DNA from: a virus
Lineage: Duplodnaviria > Caudoviricetes
Length of the DNA: 51,478 nucleotides
Virus record (IMG/VR): IMGVR_UViG_3300008255_000167
Coordinates: 1-51,478 of that record
Direction: 5' to 3' (one strand)
Part shown: one piece after another, positions 44,091 through 51,478 of the stretch
Layout: the number at the start of each line of letters is the position of its first letter
How positions within the stretch are numbered: position 1 is the first letter of the stretch
Program-made: the position numbers and the translations under genes
The notes under the pieces: model-generated
Seen by the model: the letters and a program-made list of their open reading frames with translations, nothing else
Databases searched by the model: none
What the model was told of the DNA's origin: nothing

Positions 44091-46094
44091 ATGGACCTTT
44101 TTCTAGACGACCCGAATGGTCTGCCCAAGATCGCAGCCGCTTTCACCCGCCTCTCGGAGAATGCCGATGAGTGGACGGCGGAGATCTTGAACGAGCTCTA
44201 TCGTCAGTCTCCTTTCATTGGGGACTTCGAGCCCAAGCTGGTGATGAACGAGCTGGACCCGGAGCGACGCTATGCCATGGGTTCTGTGGAGCTCCGCAGC
44301 AAGCAGGCCGTCAACCCTCGAGACGACAAGTCCGTCATGATGGGGCAGGGGGCCAAGCAGGTTCTCATCCCTCTCGTTGTTCGAGACGGGAAGATGTCTC
44401 CTCTCGATGTCTTCATCCATAACGGGAAGGCTCAGCCTCTCACGGAGAAGCGTCTCCAACGCGCCATGTTTCGTCCCGAGATGTTCGAGGCCGCTGCCAA
44501 GCGCCCCGGCGACCAGGACATGATGAGCACCCTGTACCCACCAGATCGATCTGGGGGCATGGGCCTCGGTGGGAACAGTCGAGTTGGGTCACAAGAGACT
44601 GCGAAGACTGGGTCGGCTCGTCCAGAGCTCTTGGATGCCGTCCTGCACACCGTCAAGAAGGCGGACGTGCAGCGCTTCGAGCAGGAGTTGAACAACGACC
44701 ACACGCTACGGTCCGTTGTCCTCAACAACCCGGCCACCCTTCCCTTCGTCGTCAAGCTGGCTGCGTTCAAGGAGGGTCACTCCGCCAAGGACATGCTGAA
44801 GATCGCCATGATGTCCATCAGGCCCAAGGTGATCCAGGTGTCCAAGGTACCGGGCGGGTTCTTGGTCAAGACGGCCAATCCGGATGCTCTTCTCCCCGAA
44901 GAGAACGAGATCGACCGGCCGACCGCAGAGGCGACGGTCGGCAGTGACGTCGTGAAACAGGTCGAGCGAGATGGAACCGTCACGATGTCGACGAACCCCG
45001 TCGTCAAAGACTCGCTGGTGGATGCAGAGCTCAAGGTCGCCGAAGAGTTCGGTGAGTACAAGGTCCAGACGAAGGACGGCAAAGAGCTCGTCGGCTGGAT
45101 CTTCCCAAAGGTCATCGACCTGGATGGCACACAGCTCGCTCTGTCCGTGTTCTCCAATGGGTCAGAGTCGGCCCTCCAAGAGAAGATCACAGCCAGCTCC
45201 GTTGGCAAGAGCACGAACATCATCGATGAGGCCCCGTCTGGCTTCGGGTGCTTCTACCTGTCTCGTGCAGGAAGCGCCGTCGCCATCGTTCCTCTGACGA
45301 TCAAGGGTGAGTCACAGGACCCGGACATGACCACGGTGTTTCATGCCGAGACGGTCATGGGTGAGCCCGTGCAGATCCGTCTGGTGCCCGGCATTAACGC
45401 CATCTCTCAGATCTCCGATGGGGTGTACGGCATCCCAGACGACTGTGGGTGGTTGCCGATGCGTAACATGACCGAGCTGGCTGAGAACGCTGGTGAGTTT
45501 GGCAAGACCGCCGCGCTTCGTCGGTTCTCGGATCAAGTCCAGGTGATGTTCGAGTCTGGTGGGACGTACAGTCTCCGGGGCGCCAGCATCGAGAAGCTGG
45601 CTACGGTGGTTCCCGTCCGCTTCATCAACGAGGATCGAGCCGTGTACGACCTGGCCATCCTCGGCGTGGAGCCCAAGTTCGCAAAGACGAAGTTGGCTCA
45701 GGCTCGTCACCTGTCCGACTGGATCAACATCGATGGAGTGAGGCCGGTCACGTTGGCGTCGGAGAAGTACAACCACGCCAAGACCGCAGCAGCGACGTTC
45801 ATCAACAAGCTGCCGCAGGTCAAGTCCCTGCTGCTGAAGGAGGCAGCGGCTCTGGACGATCCCCTATCGGTGGACAAGGTCTTGTCCATCGGTTTCCTCA
45901 ACCACGAGAACATCGGTACGTTCATTTCGTACATCCCCGAGTTCGAGGTCACCCTGAATCGCTTGAGCGAGCTCCTGGTGTCGTCGAGGCTCGGACTCTC
46001 GGCTGTGGATACGGGAGCTCTGGAGCGCGTCGTGAAGCATCTGGACAAGGTGATTGACGGGCTCCGGGACCTATCACAATCTCCGCAGGCATGA
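44091..46094 (+). CDS. Putative internal head protein with repeated K-x-A motifs
   Basis: PKIAA, VKLAA, LKIA, GKTAA, EKLA, AKTAA, LKEAA. Confidence 0.65.
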   Translation: MDLFLDDPNGLPKIAAAFTRLSENADEWTAEILNELYRQSPFIGDFEPKLVMNELDPERRYAMGSVELRSKQAVNPRDDKSVMMGQGAKQVLIPLVVRDGKMSPLDVFIHNGKAQPLTEKRLQRAMFRPEMFEAAAKRPGDQDMMSTLYPPDRSGGMGLGGNSRVGSQETAKTGSARPELLDAVLHTVKKADVQRFEQELNNDHTLRSVVLNNPATLPFVVKLAAFKEGHSAKDMLKIAMMSIRPKVIQVSKVPGGFLVKTANPDALLPEENEIDRPTAEATVGSDVVKQVERDGTVTMSTNPVVKDSLVDAELKVAEEFGEYKVQTKDGKELVGWIFPKVIDLDGTQLALSVFSNGSESALQEKITASSVGKSTNIIDEAPSGFGCFYLSRAGSAVAIVPLTIKGESQDPDMTTVFHAETVMGEPVQIRLVPGINAISQISDGVYGIPDDCGWLPMRNMTELAENAGEFGKTAALRRFSDQVQVMFESGGTYSLRGASIEKLATVVPVRFINEDRAVYDLAILGVEPKFAKTKLAQARHLSDWINIDGVRPVTLASEKYNHAKTAAATFINKLPQVKSLLLKEAAALDDPLSVDKVLSIGFLNHENIGTFISYIPEFEVTLNRLSELLVSSRLGLSAVDTGALERVVKHLDKVIDGLRDLSQSPQA

Positions 46095-47029
46095 TTGAGG
46101 TACAACGATCCCCCAGTGAATACTACATCCGGTATCTGATCTCTACTGATCCTCCTACGGAGGAAGAGATGGATGCCTCCGCAGAGGAGGAGGCCGACTA
46201 CGACGCGCCATCGTGGTCCCCGGATGAGATCATCAGACACCTCGAGTCCGCAGGTCTCGAGAGTGTAAGCCCCTCGTACATTCGAGCTCTCCGCAACTCC
46301 ATGCTTCCCTTCCCGGAAGGGTACGATCCCAAGATAGGGGAAGACAAAGGCACGAGACGGTGGCTGAAACACCATCGTATATATGACCTATGGAATCCAA
46401 ATCCCGGAGTGAGGGAAGCCCTGTTGATCTTGAACGACAGGTACCTTCGAGAGAAGATGGAGCCCCTACTACTCTCTAGTCTGACCCCAGTTCACCTGGC
46501 ACGACGGTTGAGGAAGTACACATCCATCTGCCTGACAGCGGAGGGCGTGTCTGCGTTCAGTCACTACTTCTGGAACAGGAAGCTCCTGACACAGCATCAG
46601 TGGGTCGAGTACGCTCGGACGCGCCACAACTACAACGTGTACCTCCAGAGCCTGACGGCCCCAGCAGATCTAGTCCATCGACATCTGCCCTGGGTTGCTG
46701 GGATCTCAGGGCCACCGTCAGAGTTCAATAGCGCTGACGCGGCTGCCCGCATTGGACAGATCGCCTTCAAGCATGCACTCGAGCTAGAGCACCGTCCCGC
46801 TTCCGCAGAGACCACGATGGCTCTGCGTAACTCCATGATGACCATCGAGAAGGCCGATGTGATCATGAGGAGAAGCGACGTTGCTCTGAAGGATGTGCTC
46901 AAGCAGTTCCAGAAGTTCCGGATGAGAGTGGACGACGCGCAGGTCATCCCTGTGCAGGTGCTCTCAGCAGGTAATTACAGCAAGTCTGGTGAAGGTACAG
47001 ACGCAGAGGTCGAAGACGACGACTTCTAG
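46091..47029 (+). CDS. Hypothetical protein (candidate small terminase by position only)
   Basis: 312-aa ORF with helical C-terminus, upstream of the large terminase. Confidence 0.6.
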   Translation: MIEVQRSPSEYYIRYLISTDPPTEEEMDASAEEEADYDAPSWSPDEIIRHLESAGLESVSPSYIRALRNSMLPFPEGYDPKIGEDKGTRRWLKHHRIYDLWNPNPGVREALLILNDRYLREKMEPLLLSSLTPVHLARRLRKYTSICLTAEGVSAFSHYFWNRKLLTQHQWVEYARTRHNYNVYLQSLTAPADLVHRHLPWVAGISGPPSEFNSADAAARIGQIAFKHALELEHRPASAETTMALRNSMMTIEKADVIMRRSDVALKDVLKQFQKFRMRVDDAQVIPVQVLSAGNYSKSGEGTDAEVEDDDF

Positions 47030-47039
47030 GAGGGCCGAC

Positions 47040-47552
47040 ATGAGTGAACCTCAAGATCCAAAATTCCTACCTGTTCCAGCATTCGCTACGGTAGAGGAGC
47101 AGGTCAAGGGCGCAGCGGCCATGACCAACGCGGGTGACACCACAACGCAGAAGGTGGCCGACGCAGTTCCTCTTGGCGAGCTCCTGGTCGACAACGATCT
47201 GATGCACATCAGGTACCTAAAAAAAGAGGGGGACCTGCTGTACCACATCTTCAGAGGAAAGGCTGTGCCACAGGAGTTCTGGGGGAAAGGGGACTATGGT
47301 CTCAAGGTCCTCGAGGCGGCAGAGCAGGCGTGGCCCACTGACAAAGTCCTGGTCGAGTTCCTCCACGAGAGTGTCCGGCAGGAAGCTGTGGAGGACGATC
47401 CCACGAAGCCTCCCAAGTACCCTTCTCACTTCTATGGGGCCTACCTCGTCACGGTTCCGCAGGTCGACTCACGACCCTTGCCACCTGACGAGGAGAGGTT
47501 CATGAGGCTGCCGAAGGCTCTGATAGATCTCCTGGGATCGGTAGTGAGCTAA
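47040..47552 (+). CDS. Hypothetical protein
   Basis: AGGAGG RBS before ATG 47040 (MSEPQ). Confidence 0.7.
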   Translation: MSEPQDPKFLPVPAFATVEEQVKGAAAMTNAGDTTTQKVADAVPLGELLVDNDLMHIRYLKKEGDLLYHIFRGKAVPQEFWGKGDYGLKVLEAAEQAWPTDKVLVEFLHESVRQEAVEDDPTKPPKYPSHFYGAYLVTVPQVDSRPLPPDEERFMRLPKALIDLLGSVVS

Positions 47553-47573
47553 AAGGGGGGCGGTTGCCCGCCC
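47547..47573 (-). terminator. Intrinsic terminator with TTTAGCT tail
   Basis: Minus strand GGGCGG-GCAA-CCGCCC-CCC-TTTTAGCT. Confidence 0.7.
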
Positions 47574-47934
47574 TGAAGCTCACGTCCTTCGTGTTGAGGG
47601 CTGTGTAGATGACACAGTGGCATACCACGTTTCACCTACCAGCCATCAACACGTTGTCGGTGGGAGAGGTAGTATTGCAGATTTTCAATACGCCCAGGCC
47701 GACTCGGCATCTCAGCACGAGGTGTATCCAGCTCTCCTCACTAGGGAGATTTCAGCGTCTGGAACGGAGAGTGGTGCTCTCCAAAAGCTGTTTGTCTTGT
47801 AGTGGCGAGGCTCGGATGAAGAACCACTGTGAGGTTCGACTAGAGACTAGCAGCCACGAACGGGTCGTTCCTGTCCGTTTGATGGAAAGACGGTCCATCT
47901 CTTAGAGGAGCTAGTGAGTACTCCTCTCACTCCT
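47574..47934 (-). ncRNA. Candidate structured non-coding RNA (~360 nt)
   Basis: Lies between a promoter motif and a terminator; no minus-strand ORF of 60 aa or more; about 10 short inverted repeats. Confidence 0.5.
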
Positions 47935-47960
47935 CTTATGACAGTACTGGTGACGGTTTT
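47935..47960 (-). promoter_or_regulatory. Putative phage-RNAP promoter
   Basis: Minus strand AAAAC-N13-GTCATAAG. Confidence 0.7.
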
Positions 47961-47963
47961 GTA

Positions 47964-50900
47964 ATGCTGATCGACCTAAAAAAAGCCCGGGAGCGGAAGT
48001 TGGAGAAGACTATCCGCCTCAACACTGCTGTGCAGGTTGTCAATGGCATCGAGTACAAAGAGCCGTTCTACGACTACGACGATGAAGGGGAGCCCCAAGA
48101 CTACGGCTTCGACGATGAGCCACGAGACCCAACCTCTGCTGAAGTAGCTGGCCACAACTACGTCTTCAACGTGTCGTCGTCTGAGTTCGCTGAGACGGCA
48201 ATCATGATCGCGGAAAAGGGAGTCACGAGCAACTTCTCGTTCGAGGAGAGACGGTACCTCCGAAGGGTCTACGACACGGGATCCAAGAAGACGCTGCTCA
48301 AGTGTGGCCGACAGGTGGAGAAGAGTCAGTATTACCGCGCCCACATCTCAATGGGGGATGGCGCTGTCAAAGAGCTACAGCATGTCGAAGTGGGGGATAG
48401 GGTCGTGGGGCTGTCTCCAGATGGTAGTCACACAGAGGTAGGTGAAGTCACTTGGAAGTCGAGGAAATACACAAAGCCCTGCGTAAAGATCACTACTAGG
48501 CAGGGTCATTCTACCATCGTTGCGTTGACACACCCTATGCGTTCATGGGGTGCGTGGAACGAGGCCAAAAAGTTTGAAGTTGGTCACCATCTGGCGGTCG
48601 TTCGTCGTTGTGGGGAATTCTCGGAAGAGATCATTGAGGATGATCGCTGGGTCATAATCTCCGCAGGAATGGTGGCGGAGGGAGACACCTGTGGTACACC
48701 GGACTTTACTCAGTCTGAAGGCCCCGTACTGGATGACTTCTTAGCTGCGTTGGACTCCCTGAACATTTGGTACACGCCCCACGAGAAGGAAAGCAAGGGT
48801 GGGCTGTGTTGGCAGATTAAGTTCGTTCGGGGAGAGGAGGGGGAGCCCAATCCTGTCAGGGACAGGTTGGTGGAGTGGGGGATCTACGACGAGCGGTCTG
48901 CGGACAAGCACGTTCCGGATTTTGTTTGGCAGTTGGGACCCCGCCAGACAGCCCTATTTCTGAATCGTCTGTGGGCTGGAGACGGACATGCCAGCTTGCA
49001 GGATTCTTCCTACCACCTCGAGTACGACACGACTTCGGAACGACTGGCCAGGGATGTCCAGCGTCTTCTGTGGAAGTTTGGTATCCCCTCCAGCTTTAGG
49101 CGGTGGAAGCCCACACTTTACAAACATACCAAGAAATGGGCGTACAAGATCAGGGTTGAGACGCAGGAAGGCGCTCTACGTTTCATCACGCAGATCGGTG
49201 CTTTGGGCAAGACCGAGGACCTTCCTTTTATCAACACGGAGGACAACTCGAATCGGGACGTCTTCCCCAAGGCGATCTCCGAGGATATCAAGAATATTCA
49301 TAGATCTCGTTGTCATTATCAGCGACGAGGTCGGTATGTACCTCAGCCATCTCTGAGTAGTGTGGGGCTTAGGGAGAAGCCGAAGTACAATCTGAATCGT
49401 CGAAAGTTGGGGGAGTACATCGACTTCTTCAGGTCGGACAAAGAGTTTGACCAAGACCTAGTCGATGCGCTTGCTGTTCACCTAGATACTGATCTCTTCT
49501 GGGATGAGATCGTATCGATTGAGGATATAGGTGAGCAGCCTTGCTATGACATCACAGTCAAAGGCACGGACAGTTTCATAGGGGATGGCTTCGTCACCCA
49601 CAACTCCACTACGATCGGCAACAAGCTCCTCGGGTTCTCCTGCCTGAACAACCACTTCAGGTCTCTGTTCGTGGCTCCCTCCGCTGACCAGTCCAAGGTC
49701 TTCTCGAATGACCGCATCGCTGAGCCCATCAGCCTGTCTCCGTCTGTGCAGGCGTACACCAACACGTCTCTGACGGACGCAGTCTTCCACAAGAAGTTCA
49801 TCAACTACTCACAGATCAGACTGCGGTACGCGTACCTCAACGCTGACCGTACCCGTGGTATCCCTGCGGACCTGATCGCCATTGATGAGATCCAGGACAT
49901 CCTGGTCGACAATATTCCTGTCATCGAGGAGTGTGCGTCTCACTCAGAATTCAAGATCTTCATCTACTCGGGCACACCCAAGTCTCTGGACAACACCCTC
50001 GAGTCCTACTGGGCGAACTTCTCCACTCAGAATGAGTGGGCTATTCCATGCAAGCGTCATGGCACCCCCAAGAACCCGAGCTCGTGGCACTGGAACATTC
50101 TGGGTGAGGAGAACATCGGCAAGGACGGAGTCGTCTGTGACAAGTGCAAGCAGCCTATCGATCCGATGGGGCCTGATGCACAGTGGGCATCCCTGAATCC
50201 GATCACCGATAACAACAAGAAGAAGGTGACGTTCGAGGGGTTCCGCATTCCGCAGTTGATGGTCCCGTGGATCATCAAGACTCCGTTGAAGTGGAAGGAG
50301 CTGCTCGAGAAGTACGAGCGGTACCCACGACAGAAGTTCCAGAATGAGTGCCTCGGAGTCAGCTATGACTCAGGTACCAGGCCCATTACTCGAGGTCAGC
50401 TCAAGGCGTGTTGCAAAGACACGATCAGCATGGCTGACTACGAGTACTTCAGGAAGTTCAGTCAGAGCACGGATATCTTCGCGGGCATCGACTGGGGATG
50501 CCACGACGAGGATACACGGATCCTCACCCAAGACGGGTGGAAGTTCTTCCGCGATTTGACGGACGACGATCTGGTGGCTCAGTGGGACGCAGAGACCAGG
50601 GTGATGTCCTTGGTCAAGCCGGAGGTACGCACGATCAGAGATTGGGACGGCCCTCTCTATCACTTCGAGACAAGGAGTGGTTTAGACATGATGATGACCG
50701 GCACGCATCGTATGCGTGTAGGCAATCAGTATGGGACAAAGTGGGTAACGGAGCGGGCAAGTCAAACCATCGGTCGTGGAGGGAATATCAAGTTCGTGGG
50801 ACATGTGGATTGGGAAGGCGAGGAGGTAGGCACCTTCACGTTGCCAGGGCTTCCCAAGAGTCCCGGCTACCAAGGGTGTGAGCCGATCACATTCATGATG

Positions 50901-51478
50901 GACGACTGGCTTGAGTTCCTTGGCTACATCCTCTCAGAAGGTGGAGTGTGTCTAAGGGAGAACTCTGCTGGAGATTTGATCCCATACCACCTAAAAATGT
51001 CTCAGCGGGAGTCTATGTCGGCGAAGAAGGTAGACAAGATCAAGGCGTGCATGAATCGAATGGAGATCCCATATTCCGAGTTTCTGAACCCGGAGACCGG
51101 CGACCTAAACTGGTCGATCAATGGCAAGCAGTTCTGGTATTGGTTTGCTGAGAACATGGGGTACCCAGGAGACCAGAAGCGCGTCCCACGCCAGTTCCTT
51201 ACCCTGTCCAGACGACAGCTTCAGATCTTGTTCGATGCGATGATGCTGGGAGATGGATACATTGATCGAGACGGCTGCGACTCTGGCGCCTACTACTCGA
51301 CATCGAAGAGGCTGTGCGAAGACTTCCAGGAGGTCTGCATCCGCATCGGTCGCAGGTGCTTGGTACGTCTGCATAAGCCCGCCGAGGGGAACCGCAAGGC
51401 TCGTTGGAGAGCGATGTGGTCCAGTGGTAGAGATTTCCAGCTCAACACGCCGAACCAGAGAGTCAAGCAGGTCTCCTA
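47964..51478 (+). CDS. terL: Large terminase subunit (GpA-like) with two inteins, 3'-truncated
   Basis: Manually translated open frame from ATG 47964 to the window end: LLKCGRQVEK|STT (Walker A), RTRGIPAD, IAIDEIQD (Walker B), YSGTPK, NECLG, FAGIDWG (nuclease). Confidence 0.9.
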   Translation, partial: MLIDLKKARERKLEKTIRLNTAVQVVNGIEYKEPFYDYDDEGEPQDYGFDDEPRDPTSAEVAGHNYVFNVSSSEFAETAIMIAEKGVTSNFSFEERRYLRRVYDTGSKKTLLKCGRQVEKSQYYRAHISMGDGAVKELQHVEVGDRVVGLSPDGSHTEVGEVTWKSRKYTKPCVKITTRQGHSTIVALTHPMRSWGAWNEAKKFEVGHHLAVVRRCGEFSEEIIEDDRWVIISAGMVAEGDTCGTPDFTQSEGPVLDDFLAALDSLNIWYTPHEKESKGGLCWQIKFVRGEEGEPNPVRDRLVEWGIYDERSADKHVPDFVWQLGPRQTALFLNRLWAGDGHASLQDSSYHLEYDTTSERLARDVQRLLWKFGIPSSFRRWKPTLYKHTKKWAYKIRVETQEGALRFITQIGALGKTEDLPFINTEDNSNRDVFPKAISEDIKNIHRSRCHYQRRGRYVPQPSLSSVGLREKPKYNLNRRKLGEYIDFFRSDKEFDQDLVDALAVHLDTDLFWDEIVSIEDIGEQPCYDITVKGTDSFIGDGFVTHNSTTIGNKLLGFSCLNNHFRSLFVAPSADQSKVFSNDRIAEPISLSPSVQAYTNTSLTDAVFHKKFINYSQIRLRYAYLNADRTRGIPADLIAIDEIQDILVDNIPVIEECASHSEFKIFIYSGTPKSLDNTLESYWANFSTQNEWAIPCKRHGTPKNPSSWHWNILGEENIGKDGVVCDKCKQPIDPMGPDAQWASLNPITDNNKKKVTFEGFRIPQLMVPWIIKTPLKWKELLEKYERYPRQKFQNECLGVSYDSGTRPITRGQLKACCKDTISMADYEYFRKFSQSTDIFAGIDWGCHDEDTRILTQDGWKFFRDLTDDDLVAQWDAETRVMSLVKPEVRTIRDWDGPLYHFETRSGLDMMMTGTHRMRVGNQYGTKWVTERASQTIGRGGNIKFVGHVDWEGEEVGTFTLPGLPKSPGYQGCEPITFMMDDWLEFLGYILSEGGVCLRENSAGDLIPYHLKMSQRESMSAKKVDKIKACMNRMEIPYSEFLNPETGDLNWSINGKQFWYWFAENMGYPGDQKRVPRQFLTLSRRQLQILFDAMMLGDGYIDRDGCDSGAYYSTSKRLCEDFQEVCIRIGRRCLVRLHKPAEGNRKARWRAMWSSGRDFQLNTPNQRVKQVS
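48324..49604 (+). mobile_element. Intein 1 with LAGLIDADG homing endonuclease (427 aa), in terminase Walker A
   Basis: Starts SQYYRAHISMGDG; LTHPM; SAGMVAEGD and LNRLWAGDG; ends CYDITV...FIGDGFVTHN followed by Ser. Confidence 0.92.
50499..51478 (+). mobile_element. Intein 2 with LAGLIDADG homing endonuclease (truncated by window end)
   Basis: Starts CHDEDTRILTQDGWK after GIDWG; TGTH block B; FLGYILSEG and FDAMMLGDG. Confidence 0.9.

Noticed and set aside
47574-47934. tRNA or tmRNA (GGTTCGA near 47833) and the plus-strand 98-aa/61-aa ORFs
   Set aside because: No T-stem complement, acceptor stem, CCA end or tag-like frame; the ORFs lack a clear RBS or recognisable features
48324-49604. Class 3 intein because it starts with Ser
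   Set aside because: Block F reads CYDITV with Asp, not Cys, at the catalytic position, consistent with class 1
1-51478. Many long antisense or overlapping ORFs in the track (e.g. 24044-25306 +, 35844-36965 -, 6742-7815 -)
   Set aside because: Shadow frames of GC-rich real genes, with no RBS or motif support

Overview
A 51.5-kb fragment of a large, GC-rich tailed dsDNA bacteriophage genome (standard genetic code; no rRNA, tRNA or CRISPR array seen). Plus-strand blocks encode virion and lysis functions: baseplate/tail proteins, a beta-helix tailspike, holin/spanin-like proteins, a portal-like protein, a baseplate spike, and a large terminase with two LAGLIDADG inteins that the ORF track misses because it runs off the right end. 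A long minus-strand operon (about 12.2-29.0 kb) encodes replication and recombination: PolA-family polymerase, DnaG primase, DnaB helicase, RecA, RusA, Cas4-like nuclease, UDG, SF2 helicase, an SSB-like protein, DUF932 and an Hfq-like protein. Five features stand out. (1) A single-chain beta+beta' RNA polymerase of about 2,070 aa lies among the virion genes. (2) There are two promoter classes: five sigma70-type promoters in front of plus-strand structural genes, and a non-sigma70 motif AAAAC-N13-GNYATAAG in front of all four minus-strand units, three of which end in hairpin+TTTAGCT; this suggests a virion-packaged RNAP transcribes early genes and host RNAP transcribes late genes. (3) Unrelated small proteins share an N-terminal F-x-x-E-L-x-K-x-[A/S/G] leader, a candidate capsid-loading and cleavage signal. 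(4) An early gene carries a canonical -1 frameshift signal. (5) A promoter- and terminator-bounded, hairpin-rich ~360-nt candidate ncRNA lies beside the terminase gene. All protein calls come from motif recognition by eye, not database searches.
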